A DNA stretch of 60,000 bases from Malacoraja senta (taxonomy: Eukaryota), in the NCBI GenBank assembly GCA_038087875.1, contig CM075988.1:6450001-6510000 (forward strand), given 5' to 3'. The notes beneath the pieces were generated by a model, which had not been told where the DNA came from, did not search any database, and was given only the letters and a program-made list of their open reading frames with translations. A program made the translations under genes and the position numbers. Positions 48,965-60,000 of the stretch are shown here, piece by piece. Numbering within the stretch: position 1 is the stretch's first letter; each line of letters opens with the position of its first letter.

Positions 48965-50544
48965 AAGCCCTGTCCCACTGTACGAGTTCATTCAAGAGTT
49001 CTCCTATAGTTTGCCCTGATTCAAACTCGGAGATTTATGGTAATGGCCGCTCGCAGGTACTCGGGGCTCTCGTGGACATTTTTCAACATATTGAAAAACC
49101 TGCCGTTAGCGTTACGAGCCGCTAAGAGACGTCCCCAAGCTTCGACGTACCCGCTACGTACATTCTACATGCTTACCACGAGTTTGATTTTTTTTTAAAC
49201 TCGGGAAAGCTTTTTTTATTTTATTTTTTTATTTCAAAATAGACTTTATTCAAGTAATAAATATATACAATACGTGAACCGTGCGAAACATTCATCCGAT
49301 TTTTTCAGAGGCTATACAAATTGTTCAATGCAGTTAATACAATTTTCCAATTCCACAGATCCGTCCCCCACCCGTGCCACTCATGTGGCCCCCTGGCGTG
49401 GGATACCTTCCCTTATTTTGAGGGACGTCTCCACCATACTGTGCCCCCCATGTCCAGCAGCAGAAGGACCCTAGACTGTGGCCCTCCCCCACCGAGCCTT
49501 GGCGTTGGCTGCACCAAGCTTCAGTGCGTCCCTCAGCACGTACTCCTGCAGTCTGCAGCGGGCCAGTCGGCAACATTCCCTGACGGACATCTCGCTCCGC
49601 TGGGTGGTGAACAACGCTCGGGCAGACCAAAGAGCATCTTTCACCGAGTTGATGACCCTCCAGCAGCACTCGATGTCAGTCTCTGAATGTGTCCCTGGGA
49701 ACAGTCCGTAAATCACAGAGTCCTCTGTGATGGAGCTGTTCGGGATAAAGCGTTCCAGGGACCCTTGCATACTTCTCCAGACTCTTTTTGCAAATCCACA
49801 CTCTGCAAAGAGGTGGGCAACCGTCTCCTCGCCATAGCAGCCGTCCCGAGGGCAGCGTGCGCTGGTAGTGAGGTTCTGACGGTGCAGGAAGGATCTGACT
49901 GGGAGGGCTCCCCTCACCGCCAGCCAAGCCAGGTCTTGGTGCTTGTTGGTGAGTTCTGGCGATGAGGCATTTTGCCAGACAAGCTGGGCAGTCTGCTCTG
50001 GGAACCACGCCACCGGATCCATCGAGTCCTTTCCCTGCAGTGCCTGCAGGACATTCTGTGCTGACCACATGCCCAATGGACATGTGGTCAAAGGTGTTGG
50101 TCCGGAAGAACCTTTCCGCAGACGACAGATGGGGCGGCAATGTCCAGCTGACTGGCACATTGCATGGCATCTGCGCCAGGCCCATCCTTCGCAACACCGG
50201 GGACAGGTAGAACCTCAGCAGGTAGTGACACTTGGTGCCCACGTCCCTTGGTTCTACACTCCGCCTGATGCAGCCACACACAAAGGTGGCCATCAGGGTG
50301 AGGGCGACGTTGGGCACGCTTTTACCCCCGTTGTCTGCTGATTTGTACATTGTGGCCCATTGCACCCGGTCTATCCTCAACCCCCAGATGAACTGGAAGA
50401 CGGCCCAGGTGATCCCTGTGGCGTAGGAGGGAAGGACAGGCCACACTTGCACCAAGTACAGCAGCCCCGAGAGCACCTCACACCTGATGACCAAATTTAA
50501 TTCGGGAAAGCTCTTGAATGAACTCGTACAGTGGGACAGGGCTT
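48965..50544. mobile_element. PIF/Harbinger-type MITE carrying a Tx1 LINE insertion
   Basis: 34-bp TIR AAGCCCTGTCCCACTGTACGAGTTCATTCAAGAG, perfectly inverted at 50511-50544. TWA-like TSD with one mismatch. Confidence 0.88.
49212..50495 (-). mobile_element. 5'-truncated Tx1-clade (L1-like) non-LTR retrotransposon
   Basis: ORF2 C-terminus 49471-50494 with frameshift near 50070: FQFIWG, GGKSVPN, LAWLAVRGALPVR, zf-RVT CPRDGC..ETVAHLFAEC, KDALWSAR. AATAAA and poly(A) tail. TSD TCGGGAAAGCT (49201-49211, 50502-50512). Confidence 0.9.
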
Positions 50545-51873
50545 ATAGTCTCCACCATTCTGAGGGGCCGAGGAGTGCTTGGATAAACACTGTTGAGCCA
50601 GACTGAGAGAATTGCTTCATTGCTCACCACTCCCACTGTTTCCCTTGAACCCCATATGGCTATGATGCCGCAAATATTGTTTCTTGCACATGACAATTAA
50701 GGTCCATCAGTTTCCCTTTTATAAAAATTAAAGTTGGCACAGATTTTAAAAGTCAATTAATCACCAGGCATTAAACCCATCAGCCTGCCACAGTTTGAAA
50801 CCCAATGGGACTGTGTCAGTTTTGCAACAACGCTGAATCTAACAAGAAAAAGACACAAAGCACTGGAGTAACTTTGCAGGTCAGGCAGCATCTCTACAGA
50901 ACATGGATAGGTGACAATTCTGGGACTGAAATGGGGTCCCGACCCGAAACGTCGCCTACCCATGTTCTCCAGAGGTGCTGCCTGACCTGTTGAGTTACTC
51001 CAGCGCTTTGCATCTTTTTTTGTAAACCAGCAACCACAGTTGCGCCTCTATGTGTGCTGATCCCAGAGAAAGTACATCTACAATCACGGCATTACAATCG
51101 CGTCACCATTTCAAATCTCCACTCCAACACCAGCATTTCTTACTTTATCTGAACACAGTGGATGGCTCGATTACAATCATGTCTTGTCTTTCCGCTGACT
51201 GGTTAGCACGCAGTAAAAGGTTTTCACTGTACTTCGGTACACGTGACAATGAACTGAATTAAACTAAACTAAATCTAACCATGTTGATATAAACACCACT
51301 GCGATCAGGCTGTGTCTTAGGGGAGAGGGTTAGAAAATAAAAAATATTACTTGGACAGCACTGATTTTCGTCAACAGTGAGTTCATTTCCAGAGTGTACG
51401 CAATGGAGCTCAGCCGCAGTAACCCCTATCCCTGTCCTGTGGTGTTTCAGTATCTGATGACCACTGTGAAAAATCACATGAAGATGAAGAATGCTCACTT
51501 AGAAAACGACAAATAGAGTAGAGTGCCTTTCTCATCCTCAGCACATCACAGAGTAACTTACAGCCAATGATGTACTTTTAAGATAAGTTGCTGCTGCAAT
51601 GCAGAGAATATTTTGTGCTCTGCAACATCCCATGAACTTCCATGACTAAACATTAGGCTTTCATAAGGTCATGGAGAGGTACAGCACGGATACAGGCCCT
51701 TTGGCCCACCAAGTCCGTGCTAACCGTCATCCAGCCATTTACCCTCATCCTACATTAATCCAATGTTTTATTTTCCCCATAGTCTCACTTATTATTGCCC
51801 CCTCCCCAAAACAAATATTCTACCAATCACCTATAACCCAGAGGCAATTAACAGAGGCTAATTAACCTTAGGA

Positions 51874-52163
51874 TTGGCACAGTGGTGTAGCGGTAGAGTT
51901 GCTACCTTACAGCGCCAGAAACCCGGGTTTGATCCTAACCGAGGGTGCTGTCTGTACAGAGTGCTACCTATGACCACGTGGGGTTTTCTTCAGGATCTCC
52001 AGCTTACTCCAACATTCCAAAGACATTCAGGGTTGTAGGTTAATTCGCTTCTGTACATTGTCCCCATTGTGTAAGATAGAAATAGTGTTCAGGTGATCGT
52101 TGGTCAACACTGACTCGATGGGCCGAGCGTCCTGTTACCACGGCTGTATCTCTAAACTAAACT
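51874..52163 (+). mobile_element. V-SINE nested in an older minus-strand V-SINE (about 51680-52322)
   Basis: Head, core and tail; flanks are the reverse SINE tail and head. Confidence 0.8.
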
Positions 52164-53583
52164 ACCAACCCTAACGTTTATGGAATGTTGGAGGAAACTG
52201 GAGCCCCCGGAGGAAGCCCACACGGTCACAGATAGAACGTGAAAACTCCATGCGGACAACACGCGAGGTTAGGATTGTATTTGGATCTCTGGTGCTGAGT
52301 GATAGCAGCACTGTGCCGCCCATAGTGATAGCTGTAGTGATATTCATTGTGATATGAGTCCTGCCAGAACTTTGGAGAAAATCTATTTGCCTCTCTGACA
52401 AATATCGGAAAAGAATTATGTACATAATTAGGTACCAAAAAGGGCAAGAGGCCATCATTTTTACAGGTAAATGGACATGAAACATTTAATCTCATTAGAG
52501 CAGCTATCCCCAGTATTGTAGTGGTGTCTCTATGCACATGAAACAAGTAACTGCACATTCTGGTTTACAACAAAAAAGAGACAAAGAGCTGGAGTAACTC
52601 AACGGGTCAGGCAGCATCGCTGGAGAACATGGATAGGTGACGTTTTGGGTAGTGGCCCTTCTTCGGACTTTTCATTAGACCTTCAGACTCTTCTTCTTCA
52701 GAAGAAGATCCTTCTTCTCCTTCGTCTTCTTCAGACATCTTCAGACTTCAAACCCATCAGTCTGAAGAAGGGACCCAACCCAAAACGTCACCTGCCGATG
52801 TCCTCCAGAGACAGTCCCTGACCCGCTGAGTTACTCCAGCACTTTGTATTATTTTATACTGTATACATATGGTATACGGTATAAAGAAAGGGATTACTAA
52901 CCTGCAGTTACAAAGGCTAGCCCCTGTTATAACCCAAATCTAAATCGGCAATCATCTAAGGAGATTGTTCCAGTCACACTCTGGAGCTTTTAACTTGGGG
53001 AAGGTGCCTGAACTCTGTAGGTATTTTACTTGTAAGGGGAGATGAGCTGAACATTGTTGATGATTGATGATTTCAAGTGGCATGATGTGCTGCACTCCCC
53101 TGGCCCGGGCCACAGCCACGGTACAGACAGGGCGATGTTCACGCTGCTCCTCGAATGAATCACCCGCCACGGATTGAGTTGCATTCTTGCGATCATGGAG
53201 GTGGATGATGAGAAACAGATTCTTGTTTTGCAAAGCGCGGTGGGATCTCGGATCTCTCTCTGGGTTGAGACAAAGGTCAGAAACTGTAACTCAAACTTAT
53301 GGTAACGCATCGACAAATCTTGTCATTATTCTCGCCTCATGCAAGTCAGGGATTCAAAATGGACCTCTCCATCATCATCTGCCTTCTCACCATGGTCGCG
53401 AGTCGGCAGTTCATCTTTCACCTGGTGCAGTTGACAAAGTGCTGGAGCAACTTGGCAGGGCAGGCAGCGTCCGTAGAGGGAATAGATAGTCGATGTTCTG
53501 GGTCAGGACCCTTCCTCTGATTGTAGTTGGACGAAGAAAGCTGGAAAAGCCAAGTGGGATAGGACAAAGTTTGGCAAGTGATA

Positions 53584-53883
53584 GTTTAGTTTTCATTTTT
53601 AGCTTAGTTTAGAGATACAGCGTGGAAACAGGACCTTCGGCCGACCGAGTACGCGCTGACCATCGATCCCCACACACTAACACTATCCTACATTTGGAAC
53701 AATTTACAATTATACCAAGCCAATTACCCTACAAACCTCTACGTCTTTGGAGTGTGGGAGGAAATCCACACAGGTCAAGGGACGAACATACAAACTCCAC
53801 ACTGACAGCACCTGTAGTCAGGATTGAACCCGGGTCTCTGGCACGGTAAGGCAGCAACTCTACCGTCGTGCCACCATTCCGCC
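53584..53883 (-). mobile_element. V-SINE (HE1-like)
   Basis: Full reverse-complement copy. Confidence 0.9.
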
Positions 53884-53984
53884 CAACGCATGCGAATGCT
53901 GGTGAAGGGGGTTTTGATGAACAGCTCCACTGCTGTGTTAGCATGCTACCTTACAGATGAACTTCTGAGCTCCGATGCAATATG

Positions 53985-54570
53985 ACAGACTGTCATGAAG
54001 CTGGAAAGGGTGCGGAGAAGATTCACGAGGATGTTGCCAGGACTCAAGAGCCTGAGCGATAGGGAGAGGTTGGGCAGCCTGGGACTTTATTCCTTGGAGC
54101 GCAGAAGGCGTTGAAGTGATCTAATAGAGATGCGTAAAATCATGAAGGGAATAGATATGATGATTTATTTCCCAGAGTAGTGGAATCAAGAACCTGAGAA
54201 AAGCACGCAAAGTGCTGGAGTAACTCAGTGGGTCAGGCAACATCTCTGGAATACATGGATCAATAGACAATAGGTGCAGGAGTAGGCCATTCGGCCCTTC
54301 GAGCCAGCACCGCCATTCAATGTGATCATGGATCGGTGAGGTTTCAGGTCAGGATGCTTCTACAGAAGGGCCTTTCTGCTCTCCTGCTATTTTGAAGAAC
54401 CAGAGGACATATGTTTATGGTAGAGAGGGGAAGGATTTAATAGGAACCTGAGGGCAACCTGTTCACTCAGAGGGTGTTGGGTGTATGGAAAGAGGAAGCA
54501 GATGAGACAGGTATTATAACATCATGTAAAGGGCACTAGGACGGGTATATGGGGCTGAAGGGCCAGATTC
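53985..54570 (+). mobile_element. CR1 fragment interrupted by PLE and CR1-tail pieces
   Basis: KLERVRRRFTRMLPGL...LGLYSLERRR remnants. Confidence 0.75.
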
Positions 54571-57563
54571 CACGCTGAATATCTCTATGGCTTCACACTC
54601 ATATATTCAGCATCATGCATGTATAAATAACACTCTCCCTTCGCCACCATTGAAATAGGTGCAGGTCCCCTGTGCTGTACCGATCCCACCTTTCACACAT
54701 TGACTCATCTCTAGATCTACATGTTTACTTTCCATTCATTTACTAAATGTAAAAATATCAAAGGTAGGTTGAGAGGAAGGACAGACAATAAATGCTGGAA
54801 TAACTCAGGGGGTCAGGCAACATGTCTGGAGAAACGGAACAGGTGACGTTTCGGTTCGGGACCCTTCTACAGATTGACGTTGCTGCTGCTCCTTGGTACT
54901 TTGAAGAACCAGAGGGCATAGGTTTACGGTAGTGAGGGGAAAGATTTAATAGGAAGCTGAGGGGCAATTTTTTTACTCAGAGAGTGGTGGGTGTATGGAA
55001 AGAGCAGAACCCTTCTTCAGACGTAAGGGGAAGGATGGTTTATTGGGCAAGCCATTGTAGGAGGGGAGCGTTTTAAAGAACATTCCCAGGTGCTCATAAC
55101 CCCCACATGTCCCTCGTGCCTGCCATTGGGAATTTCCAGCTTCCATGCCACAAATTCCTGGCAGCTGTGCTAAGCTATGTTTTTTTTTCTAAATGTAATT
55201 AGTTTTCTGCACGATAGTAAGCTTTGAGAATCCTGTCACAGAGCAGCTGCAAGAGAACAGAGAGAAGACCAAGCAAAGATCCATTAATGTAACTGACTCC
55301 AATCAGATATAAACCACACTGGACTGCAGAGTGCATTTGCCGATGTTTTGAGTCGCTTATATTCCGTGCCACAGAGTGATCATTAGTTCTCAATAGTATG
55401 TTGTACTGACTTGGGCCCAGACAAGTAGCGAGTAGTGTTAAGACTTCTCCACGGTGAAACGAAACACAGTTTACTCTACCCTGAGACTCCAGCTTTATTG
55501 AAGATGTTTAGAGAGAATTCCAGGTCTAGTCAATGACTCTCTATTGCGAAGGTTCCTCGTCAGATCATGGCTGAGACGGAGCTTAAATGAAAGTGAGAAA
55601 CATCCAGCTGCAATCTTTCACTAGCACGGTGCGGCTGTTTTACGAGGTTAGAATGCAAAACCAAAGCATGCTCATCAGATTCCTTGTGCCTTCAAGTGTC
55701 TGTTGTCTGTCAGTGCGGCCTCCTTCAGGGATCGTCCTCCCTCCTTTTCTCCTCCCTGTCTTGCTTGTCTCCCTAAACTCGCACATAAGAATTTAAAAAG
55801 TGAAAGGTTTGCTGTTCAATTCAACAGCAGACTCTTGTGGAAAATCATAACCTTGCTTCTTCTGGTGTGGCGGCTCTAAGCTCATTAGAGAACAACCAGG
55901 TTCCTGACAAAACCCACAACTGAACTGTCCTACCAGCAACTAGTTTAGTTTAGTTTATTGTCACGTGTACCGAGGTACAGTGAAAAGCTTTTGTTGCGTG
56001 CTAACCAGTCCGCGGATAGACAATACATGATTACAATCGAGTGTAGTCAAGAGTGAAGAGTGTTTTATTGTCATATGTCCCAGATAGAACAATGAAATTC
56101 TTACAGATACTGCAATCTTGAATCATGTACTTGTACAGATACTTGATATAAGGAATAACGTGAATAACATTTAGTGCATGGTTAAGCCAGTAAAGTTCGA
56201 TCCAAGATAGACCCTCAAACTATTTTTAATTGGACTTTACTGGCCTTTACCTTGCATGAAACGTTATTCCCTTTATCATTTATCTGTACTTTATGGATAG
56301 CTCAAATGTAATCATGTATTGTCTTTCCACTGACTGGTTAGCACGCAACAAAAGCTTTTCATTGTACCTCGATACACGTAACAATGAACTAAACTAAACT
56401 AAACTAAACTAAATTAAACTAAACTAAACTAACTGGGTAGAACTTGTATTATGCCTTATACAACCTTAGGACCGGTGCTTTTTATTTATAGACGATTAAT
56501 AAACATACATGTCATGTACCCGAAAAACAAAATAACAGCATTTAACTTTTTAGTTAAATGTGCCTCCAATGGTCTTTTTAGAGGTTGCGATATGCTGCAC
56601 ATTTGCAGTGCAGTAGATTGGAAGAAGTATGAGTGAATCACTGCCTCACCTGGAAGGACCGTTTGGATCCCTAGATGGTGATAACGGAGGAGATACGCGG
56701 CAGGCACTGCATCTCCTGCAGTTACATATGACGGTGCCAGAGAAGGGGAGCATTTGGCGAAGAGGACAAGTTGACCAGGGAGTTATGGAGAGGACAACGG
56801 GTGGCATTAAATGCACATAAGACTGATATGAATAAATAACTGTTAAAAGTGTTGAAATAGAGGGAGGAAACTAGTTCTGCCATTCGCAGGAACGGTTGTA
56901 CAAGCTTTGCACTTTTGAATTGAATAGTTTCACGGGAGCTGATTCATATATGGGGGTGTCCATCTATTGAGCCTTTGTAACCCAGAGATAGTCCGTGGAT
57001 ACATTTAATGCAGTTATGAACGTGAAGGGAAAAGGAATGGAAAGGTATTATTGTGGGGTTCGATGAAGTAGGTGGAAAGAATGCATGCAGAGCATAAACA
57101 CAGACATAGATTTGTTAGAGCAATTGATGTATTCTACTCTGAGACTGTGCAATTCTCCAGATAATCTTTACATGGTGTCAGTGGATCCTTCACACATGCC
57201 TGAGAGGGTAGGCTGGGCCTCAGTGTAATTTCTCACGTAGAAATTGATTCTTTAAGTGCTCGTTCAATACCATGCTGAAGTATTATTTGGTCTAGCCTTT
57301 GAGAGGCCTTGAACAATGTGATCCCGGAGGTTATACAGCTCCTGCAGATTGAAAGTTGGGCACATTAAAGTTCTTGAATAAGAAGAGCAGGGTCTGAAAA
57401 AGTAAGAATGTAACCTGAGTCTAATAAGAGGTGGACTGCCAAAACAAAGTGTTTAACATGAGGGAAGGTAACAGTCAGGAACACTTTGGGCTCACTGTAC
57501 GCTAGGATGTCTGAAAAATATTCTCCTTCTGCCAAAATGCATTTCCAGCAGCCCAAGAGAGAG

Positions 57564-57770
57564 GTGTGGGAAGGAACTGCAGATGCTGGTTCACACCGAA
57601 GATAGACACAAAATGCTGGAGTAACTCAGCGGGACAGGCAGCGTCTATGGAGAGAAGGAATGGGTGATGTTTCGGGTCGAGACCCTTCTTCAGACAAAAT
57701 GTCACCCATTCCTTCTCTACAGAGATACTGCCTTTCCCGCTGAGTTACTCCAGCATTTTGTGTCTATCTT
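57564..57770. mobile_element. Palindromic PLE repeat (GUC subfamily)
   Basis: Approximate 15-bp TSD CAGCCCAAGA(G/C)AGAG. Confidence 0.8.
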
Positions 57771-58411
57771 CAGCCCAAGACAGAGATCACAGATGGCTTG
57801 GTGAAGAGCATTTTATGCTATTTTGCTTCAGAGTGCTTGGCTTGGTTGAGAGCACTCTGAAGAAGAGGGCATTCATGACGCATTCAGATTTTTTAATCTC
57901 CGTTTATTCATGCTTAAGCCACCTTCTTGAGCCACTGCCCAGTTTTCTCCCACACAGTTACCACGTAGAAAGAAGTAGGACGTAGATCCGGCGCCAATGA
58001 AGATCTGCTGATACGTTGGAATGCAACTTGGAGGGGATCCTATGGGTGGTGGCGTTCCCTTGTGGCTGCTGCCCTCAATGGGGGAGGGCATGGGTTGGGA
58101 GCTGTGATTGGGGTCACTCCGATGTGCAACCATAGAGATTTATGAAGATGGAGCACATTGTACCCACTGTGACCTCGTGGTGGAGAGAATGAACATTTCA
58201 GGGACTGAATAAGGTGGGCAGTTTAGTTCGGATGGCCTCGACCTTCTTGGCTAATTTGCATAATTTGTTATTATCACTATACTGAGGTACAGTGAAAAGC
58301 TTTAGTTTGCATGCTCTCCAGTCAAACAAAATACTATACATGATTACAATCAAACTGTCCAAAGTGTACAGATAAAGGATGAAGGGTACAACATTTGGTG
58401 CAAGATAAAGT

Positions 58412-59183
58412 CTAATCAAATCAGAATCAGAATCAGAATCAGAATCAGATTTTATTCACCAAGTATGTTTTGCAACATACGAGGAATTTCACTGGCCAGG
58501 TCAGTCATACAATTAAAAGCAACAGACTCAAAAATACATTTTAACATGAACATCCACCACCGTGACTCCTACACATTCCTCACTGTGATGAAAGGCAAAA
58601 TAAAGTTCAAGTCCTTCCTTTTGTTCTTCCTCCATCGGGGGGCCTCGAGCCCTCCGTTGATGGGATGGTCTTGACTCCCGTAGCCGGCGGCGTTCGGGCC
58701 CTCCGCGTCGAGACGTTCAGCTCCTGCATCAGGGGGTTGTCAGCACCTCCGCGCCAGGCGATCGAACCTCGCGTCGGGGCTGGTCGAACCTTCTGCGGCG
58801 TTGGAGCTCCCGACTAGCCTCTCCCGAGACTGCGAGCCCTTGATGGGCCGCAGGCCGCGGTGGGAGTGATCCCAGGCAAGGGATCCGCTCCGATGTTAAG
58901 TCTGCGCCCCGCAGTGGAGCTCACGACAGTCCGAGGAGGCCTCCAGCTCCAGCGATGGTAGGCCGCAGAGCCCGGAGAATGTGATCCGAAAATTGATCAC
59001 ATTGCGGGGAAGGTAGGAACTTGAAGAAAAGTTTCCCCCGATCCCCTCGCCCCCCCCCCCCCCCACGTAAAACAGACTGAAGTACATTAAAACAAACTTT
59101 TTACAAACGCTAAAAATAACAAAAAGATGAAAAAACGAACAGACTGCTGGCAGGGCTGCCATCTCCCCGGCGCCCCTGGTGGT
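58412..59183 (-). mobile_element. GC/CpG-rich non-autonomous retroposon with (TCTGAT)n tail, inserted in a LINE-tail repeat
   Basis: (ATCAGA)n at 58414-58449 followed by TTTATT...CCAAGTATGTTTTGCAA (same 3' end as at about 13295-13343). No substantial ORF. Confidence 0.6.
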
Positions 59184-59954
59184 CTAGTGATTAAAGATAG
59201 TTCAAAGGTCTCCAATGAGGTAGATGGGAAGTCAGGGCCACTCTCTAGTTAGTGATAGGATGGTTCAGTTGCCTGATAACAGCTGGGAAGAAACTGTCCT
59301 TGGAGGTGTGCGTTTTCACACTTCTGTACCTCCTGCCGGATGCGCAGGTAACTGTGGTGAGGCAAGTCCTTGATTATGCCACCCATCCTTAATCTCCAGA
59401 GATGCTGCCCGACCCGCTGAGTTACTCCAGCATTTTGAGTCTATCCTTGGTATAAACCAGCATCTGCAGTTCCTTGTTTCCACTGTAGATTGTTTAGCTT
59501 TTCACGGGTAGACAATGAGAATAATTGTAAACCACCTCAGGACCCTGTTTACCTCTGAAACATACCCCTGACCATCCATCACACGGACAACACAACTCCC
59601 AGCTTGCCCCTTCCAGCGGTGTCCTATTGCCGGGTGGTCTGCACCTGCAGTGTCCCTGAGCTGGGTGCAGTAATGACGAGTCGTATATCTTGGTCAGCCA
59701 CTGGGGATGTGGGGACACCTCAGGTGTTGGGGTCAGGTGTGGGTGAGCATTCCTGGTCAGATGAAAAAGGTGCAAGTGTTTGATGATCCAGGGCCGCAGC
59801 TGTCAATAGCAACCCGATCGACAACAGGAGTTAAGTGGAAGGGTAGCGAGATCGAAGCATTCACAAGAAGAAGCGACATTCTCGTGCACCTATAAGGGCT
59901 TCCTCTCTACATGCCTCAAACTTTGAAGGTAAGAGTTGGTGTTAATATAGTGGG

Positions 59955-60000
59955 GTGGGCACGGTGGCGCAGTGGTAGAGTTGCTGCCTGACAGCGCCGG
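59955..60000 (+). mobile_element. V-SINE head (cut by window edge)
   Basis: GGGCACGGTGGCGCAGTGGTAGAGTTGCTGCC. Confidence 0.85.

Noticed and set aside
55477..55499. TACCCTGAGACTCC resembling the miR-125/miR-10 5' end
   Set aside because: The rest does not match, and there is no convincing hairpin.
55494..55773. Possible minus-strand terminal exon (TTTAG acceptor, AATAAA)
   Set aside because: All three frames are short and unrecognisable, so it cannot be supported.
59168..59181. CTCF-like CCACCAGGGGCGCC
   Set aside because: One base short of consensus spacing and located at a repeat end.
59565..59889. Cys-rich minus frame with one in-frame TGA (possible selenocysteine)
   Set aside because: No similarity to a selenoprotein I know and no SECIS identified.
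989..60000. Recurrent short ORFs such as VELLPYSARDPGSILTTG and KKGLDPKRHPFLLSRDAA
   Set aside because: Spurious frames in SINE and PLE repeats.
1034..60000. tRNA-like A/B boxes at many sites as tRNA genes
   Set aside because: They are SINE heads followed by SINE core and tail; no complete cloverleaf.

Overview
Eukaryotic, repeat-saturated genomic DNA, most likely from a cartilaginous fish (shark/ray/skate), inferred from the HE1-like V-SINE with CR1 tail and the associated repeat families. I recognise no intact host protein-coding gene; most ORFs in the track are artefacts of SINEs, Penelope-derived repeats or microsatellites. Mobile DNA includes: many tRNA-derived V-SINEs; CR1, Rex1/Babar, RTE and Tx1 non-LTR fragments; four PIF/Harbinger-type MITEs sharing one TIR; and one hAT MITE. 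There are also dozens of short, often palindromic Penelope-like-element (PLE) remnants with 10-15 bp TSDs. The most notable signal is that these PLE remnants carry minimal hammerhead-ribozyme cores (CUGAnGA-stem II-GAAACGUH) on both strands, in two subfamilies. Other highlights: a Tx1 LINE nested in a MITE, a tRNA-Cys/SINE chimera, a CpG-rich promoter-like region near 23.6-25.6 kb, and a series of strong plus-strand splice signals around apparently non-coding exons, including a 20-nt microexon candidate.
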